Source: Lytechinus pictus (lineage: Eukaryota). Taken from it: a stretch of DNA of 64,000 bases. The DNA lies in the NCBI RefSeq assembly GCF_037042905.1, contig NC_087250.1, positions 11,596,001 to 11,660,000 of the forward strand. The letters are read 5' to 3'. Positions 27,376-40,700 of the stretch are shown piece after piece. The notes beneath the pieces were generated by a model. That model saw nothing but the letters and a program-made list of their open reading frames with translations, was not told the DNA's origin and ran no database searches. A program made the position numbers and the translations under genes. How positions within the stretch are numbered: position 1 is the stretch's first letter; each line of letters opens with the position of its first letter.

Positions 27376-27654
27376 CAGGGCCTCGTCTTACAAAGAGTTA
27401 CGATTGATCCGATTGTTCTCAATTCTATGGAAATCCATCATTGCCATAATATTTTGTACAAGAAATTTGAAAAATGTCCTTGTAAACAAAAAGAAGCACA
27501 CTGAATTTTCAAGAAAACAATACAAATGTATGAATGTGCATCATAGTTAGATAATATTTTGAAGAAACATGCATAGTATAGGTGTTGACATTGCTGGCTT
27601 TCCATAGTTGTGATTGATTGGATCAATTGCAACTCTTTGTAAGACGAGGCCCTG
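27376..27654. mobile_element. Harbinger-like MITE
   Basis: TIRs CAGGGCCTCGTCTTACAAAGAGTT / AACTCTTTGTAAGACGAGGCCCTG. Confidence 0.82.
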
Positions 27655-27838
27655 ATGTACGAAAAAAAGATATATTTAACTATTAAAATAGGATTAAAAA
27701 ATTGAGATATTGAATTGCATCCGCCACTTTCATCGGACATCTGTCAAAACAATAATAATAAATAAGACACTTAATTCGATTTTAATCCATATATTGCGTG
27801 TTCTGATGCATCGCTGTTGCTCCTTTATGGACATTTAA

Positions 27839-28431
27839 AGGGGAATCCAGCCTTGGCCATAAAATGTTGTGTTGGGAAGGAGAAAAACAAATTAAACAGA
27901 ATGGTGAAAGTTTGAAAGAAATCGGACAAGCAACAAGAAAGTTAAAGCTGCTTTAAAATTGAGATCACTAATACTATGTAGATTTCAAATTGGCAACTGG
28001 GTAAGTAAATTATGACAAGGGGCAAGGACAACTTTCCCATAGGCCATGTACTTTATTATCAGGGATTTGTGGTTTTCTCCTAAATACCCACCCCCTGGGG
28101 CAGTAATCTAAATAGAACACAGGTAGTATATTGTTTTATGTCCTCATGAAAGAAAAATATAATTTGAAATAAAACTTTTGGGAAAAATGACATTTTAGTC
28201 ACAATATGTATTGGAGTACATGGAAGAGTAGTCCTTGCCTTACATCACTATGACATCCTATATGCGGCCAATTTGAAGTCTCCATGGGTAGAGTGATCAC
28301 CAATATTTACAACTTTTAAAAATTCATAACTTTCTTGTTGTTTGTCCAATATTGTTAAATCTTTCACCTATCAACTTGTCTGATTTTTCTTTTCCTTATA
28401 AAAACAATTTTTATTTGGGTTGGATTCCCCG
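27839..28431. mobile_element. Kolobok-like non-autonomous DNA transposon
   Basis: TTAA at 27835-38 and 28432-35. Termini AGGGGAATCCA / TGGATTCCCC. Confidence 0.8.
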
Positions 28432-30052
28432 TTAAGGTGTATTATGCAATGTAACAATTAGGTTGTGTAAGAAAATATCAAACGGTGGGTTATTTTAAAA
28501 TAGCGTGCAGACACAGACCCTGATTTAAACTTTTCGATCAACAAGTGTGCCCTCACGCAAAGACTAGCACATAAAAAACTTGCCGTTTCAATTCAGCCAG
28601 AGGGCCTTCAGTACACAAGGCATGAGTAGGCTGCACATTCAGACCCTTGACTCGAGTGGAGGGTTTGCACAGCAGCAGACTAATTTTAACGAGGGATGTA
28701 TGTTCGAAAAATATTATATAGGTAAACGCTCAAAATCTCTCAACCTATATTTCTAATTGTATAATTTGCTTTCTTACTGTTGCCCCTTTCCCATATGACA
28801 GGGCATGTAAAAAGCATTATCATGGTAAGTTTTTAATAGGATAATGTCCAGAATCACATGAACATGGCACACTGAGGGATTCTAATGAAAGGAACGGGTC
28901 ACATGATATTCTTTTATTAAAAAAATGATGAAATATATCAAATTTAAATGGCATGTAGGCCTAAATAGTAGCAATACTAAGCTGCCCATACATGACCACT
29001 TTAACTATTTGCTTTATTATTCTCCTCGTCGAAAGTGAAGACGTATTTTTACAATATGGGAAAAAGGGTGTTCGAGTCTTTATTAGATTTTCACTGTTTT
29101 TCCTGCCCGTAAATAACCACTTTGCAGTAATTCCTTCGAATAACTCATCGGGCATTATCGCTATCACTCCTCTCAAAATTATCCCGGCGAATTCAGCTAA
29201 ATTTTGATATCAAAGCTACCAAAATCATTCCCCATATTTCCCCGAGGCAATTAGGCTCTAAACGCCCCGACTGGATTTCAACCGCCAGCCTTTTCATTTT
29301 TGTAGCTATTCCTTGCGTCCTTTTTCTCAGATTGCTGTAATTTATCCCGTTCTACGCGTATTCAATGAGCAAATTGACGAAACAAAAATTGCGCAAATTG
29401 CTCGTTACAAATTCGGTATCGATATCCCCACGAGGGCGAGTATCGATATCGTGTCTGCGCCGACTGACCGCGTGCAAGCGTGTTCACTATTTCTTTCTTT
29501 TTCGTTGAGTCGTTTTTTCTCTATTTCTCTACTAATTTTAATTTTTTGTATTTTAAAATCTTCGAGTAGAATGTGCGACAGTACCTTTTGTAACATATTC
29601 TTTTAGACATAACTTAAATTCAAAAGCTTTACTGCAACGGTTATGCCTGGCTCCACACTGAAAAACCATACAAAAAAAGGTAAATACATCGATTCTTGTC
29701 AAGCAGAGATAAATGGACGCCGAAGACTGCAAGAAGAAAAAAACAGAACAAAACTGATACACAATCCTACATCAGTGTGTTATTTTATTGACTATGACAA
29801 AATCACTCCTTTCTGAAATTTCTTCTGATATCTTTGCCAGGGTCATTTGTTAAAAGAAAAGCAATGGACGACATGCAAAAACATCTTAGAAGTGGCAACA
29901 TTCCCCCAAGATTTTGTATAATTTATATTGGAAAATGATGTTTTGTGAACGGAAGAAAATAAATGTTTATTTGCATGAATGGAAAAAGTAATAAGCTACT
30001 ACATATTTTTCATCTATTATAGTAATTGCACGAATAGCGCATAACCCAACTT

Positions 30053-30200
30053 CACTCTAAAGTGCAGGGATTCAAAATAAATCCAGATTGGCTGTGAAAA
30101 GTGACTAGCCGAATCTAAGATTTAAATCTAAACCTTATACTCAGCTGGTCAACATTCCCAGCCGAACTGGATTCATTTCAAATCTTTTAGATGTAGAGTG
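30053..30200. mobile_element. CAC-ended MITE
   Basis: CACTCTA...TAGAGTG termini with internal imperfect inverted repeats. Confidence 0.65.
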
Positions 30201-30206
30201 TACTCC

Positions 30207-30444
30207 TACTGTAAAAACTGTGGTGTTAAAACTGACACCAGTTGGTGTTTAATAGAGGACCACACCCCGAAGTGTTAAAATTACACCCTAGAGATTGAAC
30301 ATAACACCAAAGAGTGTAAATGTAACAACCAAAGGTGTTGTAATAACACCTATATGTGTTAAACTAACACCATCAATTTAACACCGGAGTAAAATAACTG
30401 GTGTGGTCCTCTATGTACACCGGTTAACACCACAGTTTGCTGTG
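30207..30444. mobile_element. CAC-ended MITE family D
   Basis: ACTGTAAAAACTGTGGTGTTAA...TTAACACCACAGTTTGCTGTG; colinear with the 46871 and 51882 copies. A degenerate copy lies at ~34680-34890. Confidence 0.82.
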
Positions 30445-30501
30445 TGAAAATTCAAATTCAATCACATTTTTTCAGGAATAAAACGGCCGTGCCTAATGAA
30501 G

Positions 30502-30910
30502 CGGGGTCGTGTGGTCTAGTGGTTCGAGTATTGGACTCATAATCCCACGGCTGTTTGTTCGAATCCCTGCTCTGTCATTGTCTCCACTTTGATAAAAGAC
30601 CCGATAATAATATCTGTCGTCTATAATATCAGCCACTATCAGTGACTGATCAGTCACATTTGCTCTACGGCGGCCGTACGGCCAGACGAAAACAGCCGTT
30701 TTATTCATTTTTATTCCAGCAACCTATATTTAGCTGGTACAAAAAATGTTAAAACGGCTGTTTTCGACTCGCCGTACGGCCGCCGTAGAACAAATGTGAC
30801 CGAGGTATAACTTAGTCGTAAAAATGTTCCTATATATGTAATTGGTTATATACCAGCTTGGCGTTTCCCCGTAAAAAAACTATACTGCCCAGTTTCTTGC
30901 GGGAGTTACC
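30502..30910 (+). mobile_element. tRNA-derived SINE interrupted by a palindromic MITE (~30651-30805)
   Basis: TGGTCTAGTGG A box and GTTCGAATCC B box. Internal inverted repeats GTCACATTTG.TCTACGGCGGCCGTACGGC ... GCCGTACGGCCGCCGTAGA.CAAATGTGAC. Confidence 0.75.
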
Positions 30911-33108
30911 ATCAACAGAACAGAATCGCATTTTGGTAGTATGAGGGTTAAACCGAATGCTAAATGACGAGGGTGCTGAATTTTCGCCATGAATCTACAT
31001 GAAGTAGCTCTACTTAAAACTAATCAATATTATCCTCGTCAAGTCGGGACTCCACCCGATGGTTAGGTAACCAAAAACTCGTTCCCGAACGCTGTGTAAA
31101 TATTTTCACTTCGTCAGCGGGGGTTAAGGCCGGGGACGGTTAGATGGCATTCGCCACGACTGAGCTTTCCGAAATGACTTTGAACGCGTATGTGAGGTCC
31201 TTCGTAGTCTGCAAATTATGCATAAGCCATGTCTCATTTCCTTGGAAAATATGGACCATCCTTTACGATTTGGTAGCTCTCTATTTTGTCATTGAAACCA
31301 TAAACGTCATGAGCAAATTTTTTTAAGGTAGCCAGAAATGGCGTATGGGTCTTAGGACCTTTTTAATACAAAAAAATCCAAATTGTGGTGGCTTTTCAAA
31401 TAATAATCTGAAAATATCATCTTTTATCACCTTTTATTTTAATTTTCTTTCTCTTTTCTTTTTTTCTTGGGCCCCCGAGCCACCCCATCTTGTACGCCAG
31501 TGATAGAAACTTTTTTTAGCACTATTTATTTGAAAACTTTAATTGAGTTGTGAAGTATATTGATTTGACGTTATTCAAATACATCATCATCGGAATTACG
31601 AGGCTCATCATCACAAAATATTGCGCAAAATGTACACAGAATTCCTAACAACACCAGTTTGAGTAAGAAAAGGTGCTAAATTTTAGTAAAAAAATTGTGT
31701 TTATTGAGTAAGATATTAAGTAATAAGCGTGATTCATTGATAAAAAGTTACACAACTTCGCTAAAAAATAAATACTTTAGTGTTATTTCACCCAAGAAAT
31801 ATATGCGTGTTTAGGCTCAGGCATTATTAAATTTGGGAAACCTCTTAAGAGAGCGTATAGGCAATATATGACAGTTCATTCAAACGAGTTGATTCATCCA
31901 AAAAAATTAATGATCATGCATGGCCCTTGGCAGCAGGAAGGAGGATTCGCCCCAAAGAACAATCTTGAAAACTTACATTTTTTAACTGAAAATGTGTACA
32001 AATCACACCAAAAGTATGCATGAAATCTTTCAATTTGACTTTACAAAATGCAAAAAGTGCTCCAATGACAAGCTCAGTCACTTCGCCCCCTCGCTTTCAA
32101 TTTTTTTTTCGTAAAAGTTTACGCGCCCTGCCCCCCATAAAGAATGTCTGAGTACGGCCATCTTAATGATTACTCTAAACAGTTTATTGAAGAGCATAGG
32201 AACTTGAAGAAGAAGAGTTTTTTTAATAAAATGATTGTTAACCATACCTATGTTTTCCTTTTAAATTAAAAACGTTGGCAGACAAGCACGCCCATATATC
32301 ATTTGATAAATTTCTTGGAACAAACAATCAATAAATTCATGCAGGATTTCTTTAAAGACCATTAACAAAAACTATATGATTTTTCAAATATTGAAAGGCA
32401 CTTCATAATTAACATTTCATTCATTTCTCATTGATTTACATTCCTTTTTGTTAAGTCTATGTAGCGCTACTTCATAACTCTTTATCATGTATAATAATAA
32501 AAGTAATGAAAACGCCGAATGTAGAGGCTTTCCATCTCCCCATACCTAAACAATCAAACAAACTGTCAATGAAAAAAAAATGCAAGTCAGAATTGTCTTA
32601 ACATGATATAATGCTCATTAATGCAACTCCAATGCGCACACAAAGAGTGATGGGTCATTCATACCAACGAAACACACTCCAGATCGATCAAACCTATTAC
32701 GTTATTTGCAATGGCATATCATTGGCCGGTTTGGAGTTAGTTTCGTTAGTCTGACTGGGGCATCATGTATGCGGGGAAGCTCTGAAAGAAGGCATTGTAA
32801 TGATAACGCTCTCTTCGGTATTGGTTCCAATACGAAAGCTATTCAATGAGTACGGGAAAAAAAATCTCAGATTTGTATTTGGCAGGGTGGAAATCTGCTC
32901 GCTCACAAACCAAGATCGATTAATCCATTCCCATCTTATAGTTTGGCCGGTGTTCTATTGATACTCGATAAAGATGATTAAATGACGACAAAGTTCGCTT
33001 TTCAGAGATTTCCCTGTGATTATTTTGAGAGCTTTCAAAGCATGAGAATAAGAACAGACATTAAACACTAAAACACATTAAGCAATATGCGAAAATCTTT
33101 ACTGTTGT

Positions 33109-33350
33109 TCACAGTAAAAACGCTTTGTTTATCAAAATAAAAACAACACTTTACTTTATAAACCTCACCGTATACTTGCTTAACAAGTTTATACAAGACT
33201 AGTGTTTAAAATCTTAAACAACAATATTAAATAGTTGATATCTAATTCTCAATACATTAGGCATGGTCGTTTAAACCGCTTAACAACTACTTATATAGGT
33301 TCCTAACAGTAAACGGCGTTGTATGAAAATTAAACGTCGTTTTTGCTGCG
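33109..33350. mobile_element. CAC-ended MITE family F
   Basis: CACAGTAAAAACGC...GTTTTTGCTGCG. Relatives are split by insertions at 35143/41260-41400 and 59146/60606-60723. Confidence 0.65.
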
Positions 33351-33935
33351 TGCTTGAATATATACACTGCAATGAGCGTGTCAAACCTACACTAGTCGGT
33401 GCTCTGAATCTGGGCGGATAGCATCAAATATTTGGACACGTGTTAACTTCATAGTTTATTTGAACACCCATTGGTGTAATGATGATATATTGTTGTTTGT
33501 TATTTTAACACTTTTTATATATCGTGTATTATAACTCTAATATGTCATCTGTTCATAGTAGTTTTACTGTGTATATGGTTCGGGGAAAGGCACTGGCGTA
33601 AAGATTTCCACGATCAAAAGAAGAAAAAGGGAAAATGAAACAAAATGAAAGCAAAAGAGGTGAAATATGACATCATTCTCTGAATATTGTATCAAAATAT
33701 ATCACAAAATTGGATTTTGGTATTTAACAGATGGCATCATTTTAGACATTTATCCCCATACGATATAGTCTGGCCTCTATATAATATACCCAGGCAATAA
33801 TTATGGTAAGATTTATGGTTTGGTGTAAAAGCATTTGGTATACTTCTTAGAAGTCTAAAACCACATGGACTAAACCCACTCGGTCTACTGTAATTTTGGT
33901 CTAACTGCCGTTGGTAATTGATCTTCATTACACTT

Positions 33936-34108
33936 AGGGCCTTTTCACACGTGAATCTTGAATCATCATTGTGATGATGATTGTAGGCGTCCGTGATTCT
34001 AATCACGTTTCAATTTGGTTTCACACGTGCTAAAAATTCGTCATTAGCCTTTTTTTTTCACTGAAATAATCATTCAAATTACGATTTTTTTCACCGTGTG
34101 AAAGGGCG
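33936..34108. mobile_element. Harbinger-like MITE, diverged
   Basis: GCCTTTTCACAC ... GTGTGAAGGGC termini. Confidence 0.55.
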
Positions 34109-36243
34109 GTAATTATCATCTAGTCTATTGTCCAGTTGTGCTGATTTCCACCTTGTCTATCTGTCATAATTCATTACTTTGTCAAATGAAAATTCGGTAA
34201 ATACAGCAGTTCAACAACAGTTCTAACCAGAGGGACCAGAAAAAAGTGAAAACAGAGGAAAAGGGTCTATAGCCTAAATGGGAATTAGACGAAAAGTTGA
34301 CTAGACCAGAGGACCAAGTGGTAATTGGACCCAAAAAGTTATTAGACGAACTGGTTGTAGACAAAATTGGATTGGAGTTGACCATCGGGTATGAAACTAA
34401 ACAGGCAGCTGACAAAGTGCTTGTAGGCCAATAGACAGTTTACAAATTGATGTATCCAGTAACTGAAGTTAGCGGAAGAAAAAAAAGGAAAATCTCGGCG
34501 GAAGGTGGGTTGATCGAATAATCTATATCGTAAGCGAGTAAGCGTGCTTTCTTCATCGATATTCAATAAGTGCGATTACAGACTCGTGAATTCGGATTTC
34601 CGATCGCTTCCGATAGCTCTTAAAGGTTCATTCCACGTCTGAAATGACAGATTGGGTCGCTGCACACTATACTGGACATGCTGGAGAAACTGGGGTGTTA
34701 AAACTTAAACCAGTCGGTGTCCTACCTAGAGGACTAAACGCTGAGGTGTTATTTTTTACACCAAAAGGTGTAAACGTATAAGAACCAAAGGTGTTGTAAT
34801 AACATCCATAAGTGTGTATCTAACACCAGAAATGTGACACCGGAGTAAAACAGCGGGTGTAGTCCTTAACACCATTCAACACACCAAACTTTGTTTTGTA
34901 AGAAAAAAATAAGTTTCTCCCTAAATATAACAATGATAGCCCCTTTTGGGAGTGATCATACTTTCACTCTAAATTTAAAAAGGGTGCAGAAATGCACCTA
35001 TCCGTTAGTGTTTGCACCCGGAAATGCTCTACAAGGTGCAATTTTGTACCTTTTAGGGTGCACAATATTCAACCTAAAGCATGAAAAAGGTTCAAATTTG
35101 CACCTTCCTTATAAACGTTTCATCAAATGCCTAATGCATATACGCAGTAAAAATGCTTCTATATGAAATGGTTTTTAGTGGATCCCCTCATTTCCATATC
35201 AGATTCTGTTAAGCCTATTTTACAAATGTTTTGGAACTTGTAATTGAAATGCACGTATCAGCTATTGAGTGATCTCAATACAGTTTGGCCAAGATAACAT
35301 CTTTTTGCTGGACATGCTTGTTTACATTAATACAGCTTTTCTTAAACAACATGGTAATTCAAAAGCGCTGCTTTTTACACCTTGTTTAGAATCCTCTGTA
35401 TACTCGGCAATTCAAGGTGTACATGTCTTGTGATCATTTTATTTTACCTTTTTTAATGTTGTTTTCAAAAGAAATATAAAACAGATGGTACTTCCATTAG
35501 AATACTGAATATACTAGCGTACTGTTAAGGGGAAAGATAAGCTGTATTTATGTACACACATCGTGACTTTCGATTATTATCATTTTTTTACTTGTAATTT
35601 GCAGGTTACAGGCTTATGTGAAATATCACTCCTATTATCGGTGATATACACGATTGACATGTTGAGAACCTGAGATTCTCTTGTATTCTTTTCAGGAAAA
35701 ACTGAATAAATTTCTCTGTTATCGAATACACTAAACAAAATAACTATGGTATTGCTTTTACATAAATGCTTGTTTCTTCACTGTCATAATTTACGATATG
35801 CTGATATGACTAGTATGTACTTGTTTTGAGATATTACTCCCAAATATTTTTCTGAAGTTTTCTTTGCCAAACATATCCACCTCTGTATTTCTAATGAGGA
35901 AAAGAATATTGCTTACATTATACGCTTACAATGAGATACACTGCATGATTGAATTTATGCAAAAAAACAACAACAATTCACTCTTTCTCCTCCAATCTTG
36001 TTAGTTATTTCTTCTTTTTTGCCAGGACAAACTTGCATACGTCATTGTTTTTTTTTCCATGCTATAAACATGCTAATGGACGCAAAATAACTCTAATTCT
36101 ATTTGTATGGAAAATGAATGTCCTTTAAAATTCTCTTAAAAGTTGCTTTCAAAAATAACTTCTGGTATATTTTCTCCAATGAAAGTGATCTCACTTTGTA
36201 TCATTGTTTATGACCATCCAACTTCAATTCTGCCGAATTCACA

Positions 36244-36506
36244 TGATTTTTATTTTCATTGCAAGTAAAATCACCTCCTCAAACAGTTCAATGCAATGAA
36301 TATAGTGGAATGCCTATGCAAATGAACATAACTTATACAATTCAAACAGTTCAATGTCTTGCAGAGAACTGATTTTTTTTTCTCATTGCAAGTAAAATCA
36401 CCTTTCCAAACAGTTCAATGCAATGAATATATATAGTGGAATGCCTATGCAAATTGTCATCGCTTATTCAATTCAAACAGTTTAAAGTCTTGCACTGAAC
36501 TGATTT
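36244..36506. repeat. Two-copy ~128-bp tandem duplication inside the LINE 5' region
   Basis: TCATTGCAAGTAAAATCACCT...CAAACAGTTCAATGCAATGAATATAGTGGAATGCCTATGCAAAT...GTCTTGCA..GAACTGATTT occurs twice. Confidence 0.9.
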
Positions 36507-37708
36507 TGTATACAATGTCATCATTTATTTGGTTTGTCTGTAATCTGTCTTCCGTACGCTCTTGTCTAACTTGCAAGTAATTTAAATTACATGTAAATGA
36601 GTGTTAATAGAACAGGTTGCATTGCAAGCAAATATCTACATTATTCCAAGAGCACTATTGTATTTTATCAACACCTTGTCCCTTTTCGGATTTAATTGTG
36701 GCATCTCATTTGGTCTTTATGCTTTGTTTGATTGTTTGAAACAGAAAAATTCCTGCAAACAGATAAATGAGGTTCCCATATATAATCATGTCTCCGACAC
36801 ATCACATTATTGTCTACTGAGTTTACCATGCACTATAATTGCATTCTTTTGTATATCTTTCATCATTCCAAAGCAAAAATTTAGAGTGTTTCAATTATGG
36901 TCTGACATAAATACCTTTTTTGTAGCTATATTGCATTCATTGATCAATTAGAATTGAATCGGTTTTAAAGTATACGTATAGGTGTATCGGAATCCCATGT
37001 TAATGAGGATCTCTTTGCTCTTTCAACGACTTCTTTTAAATCACTATTTGTATAACAATTGAGACGTTGTTATGTATATATTTGATCTCGTACTTTTTGT
37101 TATTCACAGCAATGCCCGTATTGCCCTATTACATTATCAATCATTCATGTCTTGCTGACATAGAAGTAAATGCTTTTCTTTATGCATTCCAATCCCATTC
37201 ACAGTTTGATGGCAATTTCCTATTTTTTTTTCTAACTCTGAGAGGCAAGAAACTTTCTATTCAAATTGAAGACGCCTGTTTATTCATGAACAACCACATT
37301 TTGCTCTTGATAATTGTATTTGTTGGAGTTTATGACTCTATAGATGGACTATCCCCTATTCACTGTATATACATATGGATATGCCTATGCAGAAGATATA
37401 CAGGCCCGCTGTTAGTGAAGAATAGAATAATGTAAAGCACGTTAATCATTTAAGGCACTATGATGTAATGAAATCGCCATACCGTCTGGAAAAAATCTCT
37501 ATTACCAGCTGTTAATGGTATTCAAAGGTTTAAAAAGTCATTTCAATTTCATATTATTTTAAAAACTTATTTTACCAAATATTGGACAAAGATATTTCAA
37601 TATTTTCAAAGATCCATCATATAATTTATTTTAATGACAATGATGTAAGCACCAGCCCGAGTCTGTCAGATCGTCACACATAAGTGAACATGTATAACAC
37701 TTTCTTCA

Positions 37709-40700
37709 ATGCTTCTGGCATACACCTTTACTTGCACTCACATGCACCATGCACCTCGGTTACTTCAACGATTGCAAACCAAATCCTATTTATTCTCTTT
37801 CAATAGAGCAGATATACTAAACGGTGAAACTTTTTCTCCCCAGTGTAAATATTATACAGCCAGTGAATTTAATAAGGCTTTTCTTAAAGTAGCTCAAAGT
37901 GATATTCCCGACTACTTTAGTTTAATGCATTTAAATATAAGAAGTTTACCAAAAAACTTTGATACTTTCTGCGAATTTTTATCCACATTAAACACATTTC
38001 CATTTTCTATTATTGGTCTCACAGAGACATGGTTGCATTCGATGTCTCCTCCAATTTACAACATTAATAATTACAACTTCCTCCATACAGATCGAAAAGT
38101 TGGCAAGGGAGGAGGTGTCGCTCTCTATGTACATAAAGATCTTAATTACAAAGTAAGACATGATATTGAACTTCAAAATATAGAATCCTTATTCATTGAA
38201 ATTTCTAACGCTAAAAATAAGAATAAAATAATCGGTGTAATCTATAGACCCCCAACCAATAATGCTGATGTATTTTTAAATGAATTGGAATCTAGTCTCG
38301 AATCAGTTTCTCGAGAAAACAAAAAAATCTATATCATGGGCGACTTTAACATTGATTTGTCCTTTCCCTATACTACAATAGGTCAACATTTTACTAATTT
38401 ATTATCATCATTTGGATTACAACATCTCGTTAATAAACCAACTAGAATTTCTAACATATCAAATACAATAATTGATAATATTTTTTCTAATGCACTTGAT
38501 AAAAATGATAATGGAATAATATACTATGATATTTCAGACCATCTGCCTATTTTTGCAATGTATCCAAATGATAAACGCCCTCACCAACCTAGGGACAAAG
38601 AAAACATAACCAGACGAAATGAAACCCAACGTAATATAGAATCCCTGAAGGTAGACTTGGCTGAAGAAGATTGGCATGATATTTACCTAGAACAAAATGC
38701 AAATGACTCTTATGTAATATTCTTAAATAAACTTCTTTATTATTATGATAAAAACGTGCCATTACTAAGAGTTAAATCGAGCAAAAAGAAGAACAAACAA
38801 CCGTGGGTTACACAAGGTATACTTAAATCCATATTTACTCGGAATAGACTTTATAAAATATCCATTAAATCGCCTACAATTCAAAACATAAATAAATATA
38901 AAAAATTTCGCAACAAATTAACTTCAGTTATCCGCCTAGCTCGCAAATCTTACTTTTCTGATAAAATTGAAAATAACAAAGATAATAAAAATTCATTATG
39001 GAAATCTGTAAATGAGATATTAGGTAAGAAAAAAGAAAGCTATGATAACATTAATTTCGTAGAAAATGGTCAACACTTGCGAAACCCAAGTGATGTTGCT
39101 AATGCCTTTAATAATTTCTTCAATAATATCGGTCCAAATTTAGCTTCAAAAATAGTATCTAATGATAATGACTTTTCTGAGTACTTAAACGACTTTCCGG
39201 AAAATTCTTTATTTTTTAATCCGACTAATACTCATGAGATCTTAGAAATAGTTAGGTTTTTGAAACCGACTAAATCTTCAGGGCATGATGGAATAAGTGT
39301 CTATTTATTAAAACAAATAATTCACTTTATAGCTTCACCGCTCATGCATATTTTTAACCTTTCTCTGTATCATGGCATTGTTCCCGATCCACTTAAGATT
39401 GCAAAAATAATACCAATATATAAGAAAGATGATCCATGTCTTACTTCCAACTACCGACCAATATCTTTATTACCAAGTATCTCTAAAATTCTTGAAAAAA
39501 TAGTTTACAAGCGATTGTATTCCTTTTTTAACAATAATAATATATTAATTCCAAATCAATATGGTTTTAGAGAGAATCATTCAACCGATTATGCTATTTT
39601 ACAATTATTCGACAAAATATCTGATTCTCTCTCTAAAAAAGAACACACTGTTGGGATTTTTATGGATCTATCGAAAGCATTCGATACAATGGATCACCGC
39701 ATTTTACTTTGTAAATTAAAGAGATATGGAATCAGGGGGGTGGTTTTCACTTGGTTCAAAGATTACTTAAGTAATCGACGCCATTATGTTTCTTTCAAAT
39801 CAAAAACATCCAATATTTGTACAATGAAATGTGGAGTACCACAAGGATCGATTTTAGGTCCATTGCTATTTTTGATTTATATGAATGATATTGTAAATGC
39901 ATCTCGAGAATTAACTTACGTTTTATTTGCAGACGATACAAATGTCTTTTATTCCCACAAAGTCTTAAATATACTCGTCCCGACACTTAATTTCGAATTA
40001 AAGAAATTATCAAAATGGTTTAAAGCTAATAAACTCTCCCTAAATATAAGCAAAACAAATTTTATGTATTTTAAACACATTCAAACTAAACATATGTTCC
40101 TTAATATATACATAGATGACATACCTATCATTGAAAAACAAGAAACCAAATTTTTAGGTGTATGGATTGACTCAAATTTAACGTGGAACAGTCACATTCA
40201 CAATATTTGCATGATGGCATCCAGAGGAATAGGAATTTTGTTTAGATTAAAATATCATCTCTCCAAAAAATCATTATTTATGCTTTATAATTCGTTCGTT
40301 TTATCCCACTTATCTTACTGCAACTTAGTATGGGGGTATAGTAGTAAGGTAAAAATAGAAACAATTTTCCGTCTCCAAAAGAAAGCACTCCGCATATGTA
40401 CTCATTCACATTTCATTGCACATACTGATCCAATATTTCACAACTTAAAGACATTGAAAATTGAAGATATTAACATTTATCAAACGGCCATATTTATGTT
40501 TAAATTTTCATCCAATATTATCCCGATTCCATTTCGCAATTTTTTTGTTTACAACAAAGACATTCACAAATATCCAACACGACATTCAATAGATCTTCAC
40601 TTAACCAACCCAAGAATATTACTCGCTCATAAGACAATACGCCACCATGGCCCAGATATTTGGAATGCATTGCCACAGAATATTAAACAATGTACATCTC

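Noticed and set aside
34130..34440. Loosely periodic TAGAC.AA.TGG motifs
   Set aside because: Looks like a degenerate minisatellite-type repeat; the unit could not be defined reliably by eye.
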